A DNA stretch of 38,726 nt from Candidatus Parcubacteria bacterium (GCA_039798685.1 JBDKFM010000003.1:1-38726); one strand, 5' to 3'. Shown: positions 1-8,798, counted from the stretch's first letter. Notes: generated by a model not told the origin, from the sequence alone. Made by a program: numbers and translations.

Positions 1-611
1 GTGTGGCAGGTTCAGATATTGATAATCAGGTTGCAATACCTATTACCGCGGCGAGAACACTGACTGAAGCAGATCAGGTAAATTCGATCATAGTCAAAAC
101 TGCATCGCCTCAGGTGTTGGGGCAGGCGAAGAAAAAAATCGAGACGATTCTTTTGAGAAGTCTCTCTGAGGATGATTTTTCAATTCTCAGTCAGGAGCAG
201 CTACTTAACTCTATCTTGCAGATCCTGAGTGTGTTGACTGTCATGCTTGGCGGGATTGCTGCTATTTCTTTGGTTGTCGGTGGGGTCGGGATCTCAAACA
301 TCATGCTAGTATCGGTCACAGAAAGAACTAAAGAGATCGGTCTTCGCAAAGCAGTCGGTGCCCGACCTCGTGATATTTTGCTGCAGTTTCTTTTTGAGGC
401 GGTAATCCTCTCGGTTCTGGGAGGGCTTATCGGTGTCGCGTTGGGGTATCTTGGGTCACTTGCGATCTCTGCGTATCTGAAAACAGCGGTGCCTCTTTGG
501 GCAGTGTTGTTGGGTGTCGGATTTTCCTCGCTTGTCGGTATCGTCTTCGGCGTTGCCCCGGCAATTCGCGCGTCCCGTCTCCAGCCGATTGAGGATTTAA
601 GACATGAATAA
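1..611 (+). CDS. ABC transporter permease, MacB/FtsX family (5'-truncated by window)
   Basis: IAAISLVVGGVGISNIMLVSVTERTKEIGLRKAVGA...ILLQFLFEA and C-terminal PAIRASRLQPIEDLRHE are MacB-family FtsX-domain signatures. Confidence 0.95.
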   Translation, partial: VAGSDIDNQVAIPITAARTLTEADQVNSIIVKTASPQVLGQAKKKIETILLRSLSEDDFSILSQEQLLNSILQILSVLTVMLGGIAAISLVVGGVGISNIMLVSVTERTKEIGLRKAVGARPRDILLQFLFEAVILSVLGGLIGVALGYLGSLAISAYLKTAVPLWAVLLGVGFSSLVGIVFGVAPAIRASRLQPIEDLRHE

Positions 612-722
612 ATGCCTTAAAGTCGAAACCCTGCACCGCAGGTGCATAGGTCGAGGCATTGAGGCATGAATGAGAGTCTCATTATCGAGACCTACTCGGT
701 TGAGGCACTACGGTATGAGTAA
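588..722 (+). repeat. Tandem degenerate copies of the permease 3' end
   Basis: 588-611 att gag gat tta aga cat gaa taa (IEDLRHE*); 650-673 gtc gag gca ttg agg cat gaa tga (VEALRHE*); 699-722 gtt gag gca cta cgg tat gag taa (VEALRYE*). Confidence 0.85.
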
Positions 723-723
723 G

Positions 724-1770
724 TTAGATGAGTGATGCATCAACTCTAGGTACAGGTGATGTTTTTGTCATCATAATTGTGTAGTTGCTTATTTTAGATT
801 CTATTTGATCGGGGTGTGTGGAGATCATTTCAAGAAGAGTCTCTCTTTTATGATCTGAAATGATTCTAGCCTTCTTTAATTCAAGAAATGTTTGTAGACA
901 CGCAATCCCCACAATTATTTCAGCGGTACTCGTAAAATCTTCGGATATTTTGAGGATCTCTGCTTGTGCATCAAAACCTAATATTTTTGTGTATCTTGTT
1001 GCAAGTGTAGAATACAATTGATGTGCTTCTGCGATTGTGGTTATATCCTGAGTTGTAATCCCTGCTGCAAATAACCTTTCGAGCATATCGATTGCTCCTA
1101 TTTTGTGATGCGATGGTGATCTTCTCGTATATGCACTTTGATCATGATGAAGTTTTGTGTGAAAAGGGGCAGCGATAAACATACCTCCCTCTGTTAAAGA
1201 ATCAATGACTTCTCTTATTGTTTTTTGAAAAAGGAACGGATGAAAATAGGGTAGAGAAAAAGTCGCCAGTGTGAGATTTACATCGGTAATTGAGTGATCT
1301 CTTAAAAATTGTGCGTATGATTGTTCACGGGTAAGACTGTAGGAAATATTTTCAAAAGTCACCTGCGGATTGTTGTCGTTTGAATAGTCTCTATCGTGCG
1401 TATTAAACTCATCAGATGTGAGTGCATCGGTGAGGCCAATTAGGTGTATCTGTATATCAGGATGGGTTTGCAGGAAATCAGACGTTTTGGGTACTTGTGT
1501 TTTGGTTTTGGGTGTACCATTCTGAATGTTTTCAAGTTCCTGAATAAAATGTTGGAAGATACCCCCTGATCCGCTACCGAGATCAACAATGGTAATTGCG
1601 CTTTGTTCACGTAGTAAGGCATTATCTAGTTGTCGTACAACAAGGTCATCGAAGGTTCCTACACGAAATGCATTTTCTATATTCCAAAGTTCCTGACATT
1701 CTTTAATTCCTCTTGCAAAATGTGAAGAATCTTTTGATCCTGAATAGACTTCGGTTTGTGGTGTTCCCAT
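724..1770 (-). CDS. Class I SAM-dependent methyltransferase-like protein, paralog 1
   Basis: Motif I VDLGSGSG and post-motif LTEGGMF. Start moved from 1788 to ATG 1770 (MGTPQ) because TTGAAT-17-TATACT ends 8 nt upstream. Confidence 0.7.
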   Translation of the reverse strand: MGTPQTEVYSGSKDSSHFARGIKECQELWNIENAFRVGTFDDLVVRQLDNALLREQSAITIVDLGSGSGGIFQHFIQELENIQNGTPKTKTQVPKTSDFLQTHPDIQIHLIGLTDALTSDEFNTHDRDYSNDNNPQVTFENISYSLTREQSYAQFLRDHSITDVNLTLATFSLPYFHPFLFQKTIREVIDSLTEGGMFIAAPFHTKLHHDQSAYTRRSPSHHKIGAIDMLERLFAAGITTQDITTIAEAHQLYSTLATRYTKILGFDAQAEILKISEDFTSTAEIIVGIACLQTFLELKKARIISDHKRETLLEMISTHPDQIESKISNYTIMMTKTSPVPRVDASLI

Positions 1771-1808
1771 AAGGGGAGAGTATATCATTTACCTATAGTA
1801 TATTCAAT
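1745..1808. repeat. 64-bp exact direct repeat, copy 1 (promoter + first ~8 codons)
   Basis: tagacttcggtttgtggtgttcccataaggggagagtatatcatttacctatagtatattcaat is identical to 2934-2997. Confidence 0.97.
1779..1807 (-). promoter_or_regulatory. Sigma70 promoter TTGAAT-N17-TATACT with extended TG
   Basis: Minus strand ttgaat atactataggtaaatga tatact ctcccctt ATG; identical copy at 2968-2996. Confidence 0.8.
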
Positions 1809-1832
1809 GCGTGTTGAAGTTTTTTGAAGTGT

Positions 1833-1871
1833 ATCAATACATACCAGGTTGCTGCACTATGGCATGAATAG
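1833..1871 (+). repeat. Fourth, more degenerate copy of the permease 3' end
   Basis: 1848-1871 gtt gct gca cta tgg cat gaa tag (VAALWHE*); 1833-1871 matches 684-722 at 28/39 nt without gaps (hand count). Confidence 0.75.
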
Positions 1872-1882
1872 GCTTCGTCTGT

Positions 1883-2959
1883 TTATGCACCAGATTCAAA
1901 TATTGTTGTCGGTGCTACGTGTGAAGTGGTTCGTCGTTGTATAAAAAATAATTCTTCTCCGATATGGCTTACGATACGATCTCTATATTTCTCTGCGAGT
2001 TCGTGAAGTGTTGCCTTTTTATGGTCTTTGAGAACACGGGCTTTTTGATCTTTTAGATCATCTTCAAGATTTCGGCTTTCATTATGTACTCCGAGTGCCG
2101 GAGTTGGATGTTGTTGTAGCTTGTTTACATACTCCTCAGGTGAAATGTGTGTGACTCGTCCTAATCGGGAAGCAATCTGAATGAATCGCGTCGTCACTTC
2201 AGGGAGTGTGCGACTAAATTCTTCGTGTGTTTGAGATAATTTTGCATTTTCGAGTGTATTCATAAGTCTTTTAAGTGGACCATGAGATTGAGCGTCATTT
2301 TTTCTTGGAGTATAGGCGCTGAGTGGATAGAGGACTTCATGACCATACGGAGCACCGACAAAGACACCTCCTTCGCCAAGTGATGTGATTGCTGTTTCGA
2401 CAGTATCTCTGAAAAGAAACGGGTGAAAATAGGGGAGTGAAAAAACAGCAACGGTGAGATGTGTTTCATCGATGCCGTTTTCACGGAGAAACTCTGCATA
2501 TGTTTGGTCTTTTGTCAGACTGAAGTAGACATTTTCTGCGGTCACTTGAGGATGTCTTGTCCACGAATCACTGAGGTTTGTGCGTGTATTAAATTGAAAT
2601 GGTGCTTTTGCATCAGTAAGCCCGATCATGCGTAGATGCATTTCAGGATGTGTCTGTAGATATCGTGTCGCCTCAGGTGCGAGTTGCAATTCCTCAGGCA
2701 GATCTGTTTGTCCGGAGTATCGGAGATTGGCAAGAAAACTGGTCATTAAGCCACCTGACCCACTTCCGATATCGACGAGTGTGACGTTTCCTCTTCCTTG
2801 TGCTTCAGCGTGAAGAAATTGTTGGAGGAGGAGTGTGTCGAATTTGCCGACACCTAGTGTTGCTTCTTTGTTCCAGAATTTTTCATACCCTGTGATATTT
2901 CTGTTGTGATATTGCGTGAGCACCGTTCCTCTGTAGACTTCGGTTTGTGGTGTTCCCAT
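1883..2959 (-). CDS. Class I SAM-dependent methyltransferase-like protein, paralog 2
   Basis: VDIGSGSG; shares IGLTDA, PQVTxEN, FSLPYFHPFLF and EGG blocks with paralog 1. Start moved to ATG 2959. Confidence 0.7.
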   Translation of the reverse strand: MGTPQTEVYRGTVLTQYHNRNITGYEKFWNKEATLGVGKFDTLLLQQFLHAEAQGRGNVTLVDIGSGSGGLMTSFLANLRYSGQTDLPEELQLAPEATRYLQTHPEMHLRMIGLTDAKAPFQFNTRTNLSDSWTRHPQVTAENVYFSLTKDQTYAEFLRENGIDETHLTVAVFSLPYFHPFLFRDTVETAITSLGEGGVFVGAPYGHEVLYPLSAYTPRKNDAQSHGPLKRLMNTLENAKLSQTHEEFSRTLPEVTTRFIQIASRLGRVTHISPEEYVNKLQQHPTPALGVHNESRNLEDDLKDQKARVLKDHKKATLHELAEKYRDRIVSHIGEELFFIQRRTTSHVAPTTIFESGA

Positions 2960-2997
2960 AAGGGGAGAGTATATCATTTACCTATAGTATATTCAAT
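2934..2997. repeat. 64-bp exact direct repeat, copy 2
   Basis: Identical to 1745-1808 (offset 1189). Confidence 0.97.
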
Positions 2998-3034
2998 AAT
3001 TTGTGAGTCTGCGAAGATATATTAGTCCTATAAG

Positions 3035-3063
3035 TTGAAAAATCGCTTGTAATCTTCTATACT
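3035..3063 (+). promoter_or_regulatory. Sigma70 promoter TTGAAA-N17-TATACT
   Basis: Ends 8 nt before ATG 3072; no SD. Confidence 0.75.
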
Positions 3064-3071
3064 CGCGAGTC

Positions 3072-4232
3072 ATGGGTAGTGTAGAACTTAGAACGCGGGA
3101 AAGAGCAGAACCAGCAGTCAAGAAATTGTTTGTTCCTGACGGATTTGCAGGACTTGGGGATGATTCTGTGACGTATCGTAAAGTGTTTAGTGAGCGTGAG
3201 GCCTTTGAGATACGAAAGATGTTTGAGAGTACAGGGTGTGTAGTCCTGGCTGGTGAGAGTGACTATCAGGATGGTTCTTTTGGAATTTTATCTGATCCTC
3301 CGTATCCTGCGTCACATGAGCTTCGCAGAAATCTCGCAGATGCCATAGGCTTACGGGAACCTCGTCTGTTTCCGGTTACTGAAGCTGAGAAGCATTTACC
3401 AGCGGTCGCTAAATATCCGAAATTACATAAGGGAAATGGGATTTTTCTCATCGAAAATCGTGTGCAACTGGCAAGGTTGAAGGCAAAAATGCTTATCGAA
3501 CATACAACGATGACACGATTATTTCCTGTCGGTACACCGAACTTCGTTATGGCGCGCCAAGTGCTTTCACATGTGCTCTCTGACACAATTCATCCCGATG
3601 CGGAAGAGTCGCTCAGAAGAGTTGCGATGAACTATCCTCTTGAGGAATATATTGAGACTCCGGGAGATTTTGATGCGTCTTTTAGAATAGTTGCAGACGG
3701 TCACGGTGAGCTGCATTACGGTGCATTGATTCGTTCACCTATGAGAAAAGGTCATGCGAGAAGAGTAAAGACAAGAGATATAGATCCTCGTAATAAATGG
3801 AACAGGCTTCTTGAAGATCCTTTCAGTCCGCTTTTTCTGAAGTCTAAAAAAATTGTCTCAAATGAGGCGCAAGGGGGATTGCTTATCATGTTAAATGGAG
3901 AAAGTGTCACGGATATTGAAAGTGCTTCTGTTCTTCTCGCTCATGGATTGAATCCTGAGTGTCCGAGGGTTCCTGTGAGGATGCTTGAGGCAGCTTCCAG
4001 AATCGGTGTGTTGTCGAGAGCGATGTTTCCCTATGTCGGCGTAGATTTTATTATGGATAAAAACGATATGAAGACCCCTGTACTCCTTGAGGTAAATGCC
4101 TATCCGGTCATTTATCCGACAGAGATTGGTATTGCGGATAAGATTCCTGAATCGCATTCACTCGACGTCAAGGTTGTTGAGTGTATGATGGAGATGATGC
4201 AGAGGGTGGCGAATTTCAAGCCGGTATTTTAG
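3072..4232 (+). CDS. ATP-grasp fold protein (RimK-like, divergent)
   Basis: PAVAKY..HKGNGIFLI, LEEYIE, FRIV, VSNEAQGG, YVGVDFI, LLEVNAYP in the canonical ATP-grasp order. Confidence 0.75.
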   Translation: MGSVELRTRERAEPAVKKLFVPDGFAGLGDDSVTYRKVFSEREAFEIRKMFESTGCVVLAGESDYQDGSFGILSDPPYPASHELRRNLADAIGLREPRLFPVTEAEKHLPAVAKYPKLHKGNGIFLIENRVQLARLKAKMLIEHTTMTRLFPVGTPNFVMARQVLSHVLSDTIHPDAEESLRRVAMNYPLEEYIETPGDFDASFRIVADGHGELHYGALIRSPMRKGHARRVKTRDIDPRNKWNRLLEDPFSPLFLKSKKIVSNEAQGGLLIMLNGESVTDIESASVLLAHGLNPECPRVPVRMLEAASRIGVLSRAMFPYVGVDFIMDKNDMKTPVLLEVNAYPVIYPTEIGIADKIPESHSLDVKVVECMMEMMQRVANFKPVF

Positions 4233-4308
4233 TGTCAACGTTTTGCTCCATTCTGATCCACTTGGACATCTTGCCAAGACCTCTTTTTATTTGTTATAAG
4301 TTTAGTAG

Positions 4309-5160
4309 ATGAAACGATTCTGCCTATCGATTCTCCTTCTTCTCCTCGTTCTCTTTGTACCGACGACTGTTTCTGCTGCAGCTCCTGATGGAGCTGGTCC
4401 ATGGGCTGATTCAGTTGTTTCTTCCTCTCAGGGACTTCGTAAAGACGGTAGTGCTGTGTTACCTGCGAGGTCAAATCCTACAAGCGCACTAGGGGTTGCG
4501 GAAAACGACACACTCGATGGCAGTTTTTTCTCACTTGGGTTTGGCGGCAGTATCGTTTTGGGATTTGACAACGGTATCTCAGGCGGTACGCTCGTCGTTG
4601 AAGCGACAAATCCAGGGTACCCAAATGAGACCGCGCAGGTTGAGGTATCTCCTGACGGAAGTGTCTGGACAGTTGCCGGTTCTGTGACAACTGATGGGGA
4701 GGTAGCACTTCCTCAGAGTGTGAGTTGTGCCAAATTTGTCCGACTCACCGATACGAGTAACCATGTAAATTTTGCTGATGCGACAGCTGATGCGTATGAT
4801 GTCGATGGAGTGCGTTCTACTGGTGAGTCATGTACTGTCGTGACACCGACTCCGACTGTCACACCGACTCCGGTCTGTGGTTCAGGATCACAATGTTGTG
4901 ATGTCACTGTGTCACAATCCAATACGACAACTGCTGTCACAGTGATTGGTGCGAGTGCAAATACAGGAGGCAATAAAGCTAATAAAAATACGGGAGGTAC
5001 AGTCAGTATCACGACCAAGAAAGCGAAAACCACAGTGAATGTGACGACGACCGGAGGGCATAATGTCGCCAATGTGACGGGATGCTGCGGCAGTACATCG
5101 ACCAAAAATGTCATCAAAAATAACGGTGCCGGTTCAAAAAACACCATCAAAATCCACTAA
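4309..5160 (+). CDS. Secreted/cell-surface protein with PT linker and Asn/Thr/Gly-rich C-terminus
   Basis: Signal peptide ending VSA; globular domain (FFSLGFGGSIVLGFDN, DVDGV); TPTPTVTPTP linker; ANTGGNKANKNTGG tail. Confidence 0.75.
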   Translation: MKRFCLSILLLLLVLFVPTTVSAAAPDGAGPWADSVVSSSQGLRKDGSAVLPARSNPTSALGVAENDTLDGSFFSLGFGGSIVLGFDNGISGGTLVVEATNPGYPNETAQVEVSPDGSVWTVAGSVTTDGEVALPQSVSCAKFVRLTDTSNHVNFADATADAYDVDGVRSTGESCTVVTPTPTVTPTPVCGSGSQCCDVTVSQSNTTTAVTVIGASANTGGNKANKNTGGTVSITTKKAKTTVNVTTTGGHNVANVTGCCGSTSTKNVIKNNGAGSKNTIKIH

Positions 5161-5198
5161 ATCTCCGAATTTCTTTTGAAAAATCTTGTTCTGCTTTT

Positions 5199-5930
5199 TT
5201 ATTGTAGAAATTGGGGTCTTGCCTCCATCGGCACTGAGGCATCGAAGACAAATGGAGCTCTATAGTAGCTGCTCTGAGGATCAGTTGAAAAATGCAATCC
5301 ATCGATATCACGCGCAGTGCTACGCGTTTCAAGTGTGTGCTTCGTGCCGATCATCATCATGAGACTAGGAGTATCCTGTCTGTCGTTTAATCTCCCTCGG
5401 AGTGCAACTCCTACCATGCTTCCGGGTTGTCTTTGGGGGATTATCAATGGGCGGTCAAATGACCATCCTGGGTCCTGTTGCAAACGTCTGGCTTGCTCTG
5501 CGATACCTATCATATCGTTGACACCTGCAGCATAGTTCGTGGTGAGGACAAACTGATAGAGCTCCTTCAGTCTGTCCTGAGTGTTTTGTGTTTCTTCCAC
5601 AGATTCTCCTGCATTAAACACGATATGGTATCGATCGAGCTCAAATGTCTGGCTATTTTTATCAAATTTTCCGTTACGTATCAGTTCAAGAGTGACTGTG
5701 TCATCCGGAAATATCGTCTTCATTTCGTCAGCAAATGCTGAGATTTCCGGAGTGAGTTCGGGCGGTGGAAGCTCAGCATGGAGACGAGTGTATTCGATCA
5801 GAAATTTCTCAGCTGCTTTTTCGTCTTCGATCGACCTCCAGCGAAGACCTCCCATTATTCCAGCTCCAACTCCAACTGCTGCTCCAGCCTTGAGGATATC
5901 ACGCCTGCTTATTCCTTCTGTCCTGCTCAT
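5199..5930 (-). CDS. Hypothetical protein with twin-arginine-like N-terminal motif
   Basis: ISRRDILK followed by a hydrophobic stretch; promoter TTGTAT-17-TATAAT 9 nt upstream. Confidence 0.7.
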   Translation of the reverse strand: MSRTEGISRRDILKAGAAVGVGAGIMGGLRWRSIEDEKAAEKFLIEYTRLHAELPPPELTPEISAFADEMKTIFPDDTVTLELIRNGKFDKNSQTFELDRYHIVFNAGESVEETQNTQDRLKELYQFVLTTNYAAGVNDMIGIAEQARRLQQDPGWSFDRPLIIPQRQPGSMVGVALRGRLNDRQDTPSLMMMIGTKHTLETRSTARDIDGLHFSTDPQSSYYRAPFVFDASVPMEARPQFLQ

Positions 5931-5982
5931 TGTCCGAGGATTATACGCCCGGTTTTGGGAGAATACAAGAGATGGCTAATGG

Positions 5983-6795
5983 CTAAGGGGCATCTTTATA
6001 GCAATCCTGGTAAATGCTTTTCGGAATATCGAGCTTCTCCATCTCATTACATGAAGCGATCTCATTACCTTTCCAGATGAGTTTCCAAGAATCGTCAGTT
6101 TTTTTTGCAATAAAGACATAACCCTCGATGATTTCTGAGTAACTACCTCTCGCATATGGGGGATCGATTGTATCGACTCGGAAGGAGTAGTATTTTTTCG
6201 GATTGTAGCGTGTTGAGAAGAGTGAGGAGAGTTGTTTTTGTCGGGTTCTTTGTAATTCATCTACTATCCCACAGAAAAAGTATCCATACGGATCTGATTG
6301 AGGGGTGAGCCGAAAGAGGCATTTGATGGTGTTTCTCTCAAACCCACCAAATACTTCATTGAGCTCGTCTTTCATCGTGCTCCGTGCATTTTTTTCACTC
6401 GGTATGAATTTACTTTTGGTAAAGTACTCCGTCATGGTGACGGTAATTGGAGTAAAGAATTTCTTATTAATTTTTGTGAGATTGTTCGAGTGTACATTGC
6501 CGTATTTTCCGATGCCGTTTGTATCGACAGTTCCGAGGAGGAATTGTTTGCCTGTCAGTGGGAGGAGTGTCCCGTCTTTATCGATCCAGTCCCAGTAGGT
6601 TGTTTCCTGAAGTGTCCCCGTTACGCCGAGTTCCTCCTGCAGTCCTTCAAGGTAGCGGCTGCTCCGCTCAAGGTATTGTTCTTTTGTTGGCGGTGTGTAG
6701 GTTTTGGCGAAAAATACCGCACCGCCAATGAGAAGTAAAAGAAAAAGGAGGGAGAGTAGGACATGGGGCAGCCGAATTCTTTTTTTTCTCGCCAT
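5983..6795 (-). CDS. Hypothetical membrane-anchored protein
   Basis: 270-aa ORF, basic N-terminus + single TM helix, C-terminal Cys pair. Confidence 0.75.
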   Translation of the reverse strand: MARKKRIRLPHVLLSLLFLLLLIGGAVFFAKTYTPPTKEQYLERSSRYLEGLQEELGVTGTLQETTYWDWIDKDGTLLPLTGKQFLLGTVDTNGIGKYGNVHSNNLTKINKKFFTPITVTMTEYFTKSKFIPSEKNARSTMKDELNEVFGGFERNTIKCLFRLTPQSDPYGYFFCGIVDELQRTRQKQLSSLFSTRYNPKKYYSFRVDTIDPPYARGSYSEIIEGYVFIAKKTDDSWKLIWKGNEIASCNEMEKLDIPKSIYQDCYKDAP

Positions 6796-6833
6796 ACGTT
6801 AGTTGTTGCAGAAAGAGTGCATAAGAAATAAGG

Positions 6834-7280
6834 TTATTCGCACTTTTCGTTATATACATCTTGAGTGCTGCAGATTTTGCCACTTGGTAAGGTGCACTGC
6901 GAGTTTTGCACAGCGAGCGTTTCTCCTCCGAGCCATACGCAGTACATCTGTTGGATGTTATCGTAGCCTGTTGTTTTTCTTCCTCCGACAGGACAGTCTC
7001 CTCGAAACAGCGCCCATTCCTCACATGCCATATTGTCTTCGAATTCACAAAGTCCGTACTCATTACCTGCGCCATTTTTTTTGATTGTGAGTGTGCCTCC
7101 GACCTTTTCACAATGTACTGACGCGGGGTTTGCAAGTGTCTGCGGTGCACGCGGTGTGATCGTCGCAGATGGATATGATGACAGCTGCGTAGGATATTGT
7201 TTCTCGATCAGCGTAAATACCGCTGCGACTGAAAAAATACCGAGGATGACAAGAAAGAGGACTGAGTGTGCTTGTTTCAT
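6834..7280 (-). CDS. DUF333 (putative hemolysin) domain protein, two Cys domains
   Basis: LANPASVHCEKVGG...GLC...CEEWALFRGDC, then a second YCVWLGG...CTLPSGKIC unit. Confidence 0.85.
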   Translation of the reverse strand: MKQAHSVLFLVILGIFSVAAVFTLIEKQYPTQLSSYPSATITPRAPQTLANPASVHCEKVGGTLTIKKNGAGNEYGLCEFEDNMACEEWALFRGDCPVGGRKTTGYDNIQQMYCVWLGGETLAVQNSQCTLPSGKICSTQDVYNEKCE

Positions 7281-7326
7281 TACTAGTATTGTAGTGCTGT
7301 GTGCGCTGTGGTGTAAAGAGTTGAGG

Positions 7327-7764
7327 TTATCTCAGGTACAGATAGATTTTGTCACGTGACGTCGTGTGTTTCCAGGTAGGAAGAGTGTAAAAGTTTGTCA
7401 GTACCCGTGCACCGCTTTTGAGTTCTTTTTCCAGTTTCTTTTCAAGTGCATCCATGATATCAGGCATGGGGTAGATCGTGACGATATCAAAACCGGAGAG
7501 ATCGGCATCCCAAAAGTTTTTGTGATGTATGAATGCATTTGTGATATTCGTTTCCTTTATATTTTTTTCCGAAAGTTCCAGGAGTTCTTTATCAAGTTCA
7601 TATCCATGCATTGTGACTCCTTTTTCCGCAAATGCGATGACGATTCTTCCGTCACCTGATCCGAGATCGATACCGCACTCTCCCTGCTGCGGTTTTGCAA
7701 GCTCTACCATAGTCTGTACTCTGTATCGTGAGGTCTGAAAATACGGAACAAATAGATTGGTCAT
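7327..7764 (-). CDS. Small class I SAM-dependent methyltransferase
   Basis: VPY..T, IDLGSGDGRIVI, GYELD, LEKKLEKELKSGARV. Confidence 0.9.
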   Translation of the reverse strand: MTNLFVPYFQTSRYRVQTMVELAKPQQGECGIDLGSGDGRIVIAFAEKGVTMHGYELDKELLELSEKNIKETNITNAFIHHKNFWDADLSGFDIVTIYPMPDIMDALEKKLEKELKSGARVLTNFYTLPTWKHTTSRDKIYLYLR

Positions 7765-7850
7765 CGCATAAGTATATCCTGTTTTTTGCGTTTTCGTTGT
7801 GTGATGCGGATCACAGCGGTATGTGTCCTATTTGAGTAGGATATTACTCC

Positions 7851-8183
7851 ATGCAACACATCACAGTCGATGAAGTCGGATCCGCACTCGCAGAAGGAAA
7901 GGAAGTGATTCTTCTTGATGTCAGGACACCCGCTGAGTACGCGGCGGGACATATTGAAGGAAGTGTACATGTTGAATTAAACCGTCTTAAGCATGATATT
8001 GAGGGAGCGATTCCGGAGAAGTCGCGTACGATGTATGTGTATTGCCTGAGCGGGTCGCGTAGTGATCTTGCTGTACCGCTTCTTGAGCGTCTTGGATATA
8101 GTGATGTCTACAGTGTGACCAGTGGACTTCTCGCGTGGCGTGCAAAAGGACTTCCTCTCATAAAAATACCATCTGAGTCATAG
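7851..8183 (+). CDS. Rhodanese-like domain protein
   Basis: LLDVRTPAEYAAGHIEG, active-site YCLSGSRS, GLLAW. Confidence 0.93.
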   Translation: MQHITVDEVGSALAEGKEVILLDVRTPAEYAAGHIEGSVHVELNRLKHDIEGAIPEKSRTMYVYCLSGSRSDLAVPLLERLGYSDVYSVTSGLLAWRAKGLPLIKIPSES

Positions 8184-8300
8184 ATGTTTTATTGTCTTCC
8201 TCAGCCTTCTTTCAGGTTCTTCAGTTAAAGTATTTGCATACACACAAAATTCTCGTCTTAGAATTGAGTTAATAGTTCTTATCGAAAGGAGGTGAAATAT

Positions 8301-8798
8301 ATGCAACACAAAAAAATACTGATTCCCGTTCTTGGAATAGCGCTTCTTAGTAGTGCTCTTTTTGGGGTGACGTTCGTGCAGGCTGCTGATACGACTCCGA
8401 CGACCCCATCGATAGTGCAGAAAATAGCTGAGAAGTTTAATCTCAAGACTGATGAGGTGCAGAAAGTCTTTGATGAAGAGCACGAAACTCGCCATAAAGC
8501 GATGCAGGAGAAGATGCAGGAAGGTCTCTCGCAGGCGGTAAAAGACGGCAAGATTACTTCAGTTCAAAAAGATGCGATCGTGAAGAAGTTCCAGAGTTTG
8601 GATATGGGATTTAAGAATCACGAATCGTTTAAAGAGATGACTCAGGAGGAACGCCGGAGTGCCATGCAGACAAAGAAGGCTGAACTCGAGAGTTGGGCGA
8701 AGGAAAATAACCTTACGCTTGAGACCCTCCATGAAGTTCTTGGAGGAAAAGGAGAGTTCGGATTTCATGGGAAGTTCGGGCGGGGGATGATGAAGTAA
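8301..8798 (+). CDS. Hypothetical secreted helical protein
   Basis: Strong SD gaaaggaggtga before ATG 8301; signal peptide ending VQA; LSQAVKDGKIT motif; Gly-rich tail. Confidence 0.8.
   Translation: MQHKKILIPVLGIALLSSALFGVTFVQAADTTPTTPSIVQKIAEKFNLKTDEVQKVFDEEHETRHKAMQEKMQEGLSQAVKDGKITSVQKDAIVKKFQSLDMGFKNHESFKEMTQEERRSAMQTKKAELESWAKENNLTLETLHEVLGGKGEFGFHGKFGRGMMK

Noticed and set aside
588-722. Possible mini CRISPR array (24-bp units, 38- and 25-nt spacers)
   Set aside because: Units are too divergent, are conserved as codons of the permease end, spacers are unequal, and no cas genes are present.
650-1871. Integron attC sites (GTT at the start of repeat copies)
   Set aside because: No GTTRRRY/RYYYAAC pairs, no long imperfect hairpin, and no intI in the window.
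1745-2997. DGR template/variable repeat pair
   Set aside because: The repeats are identical rather than A-specific variants, lie at 5' ends, and no reverse transcriptase is present.
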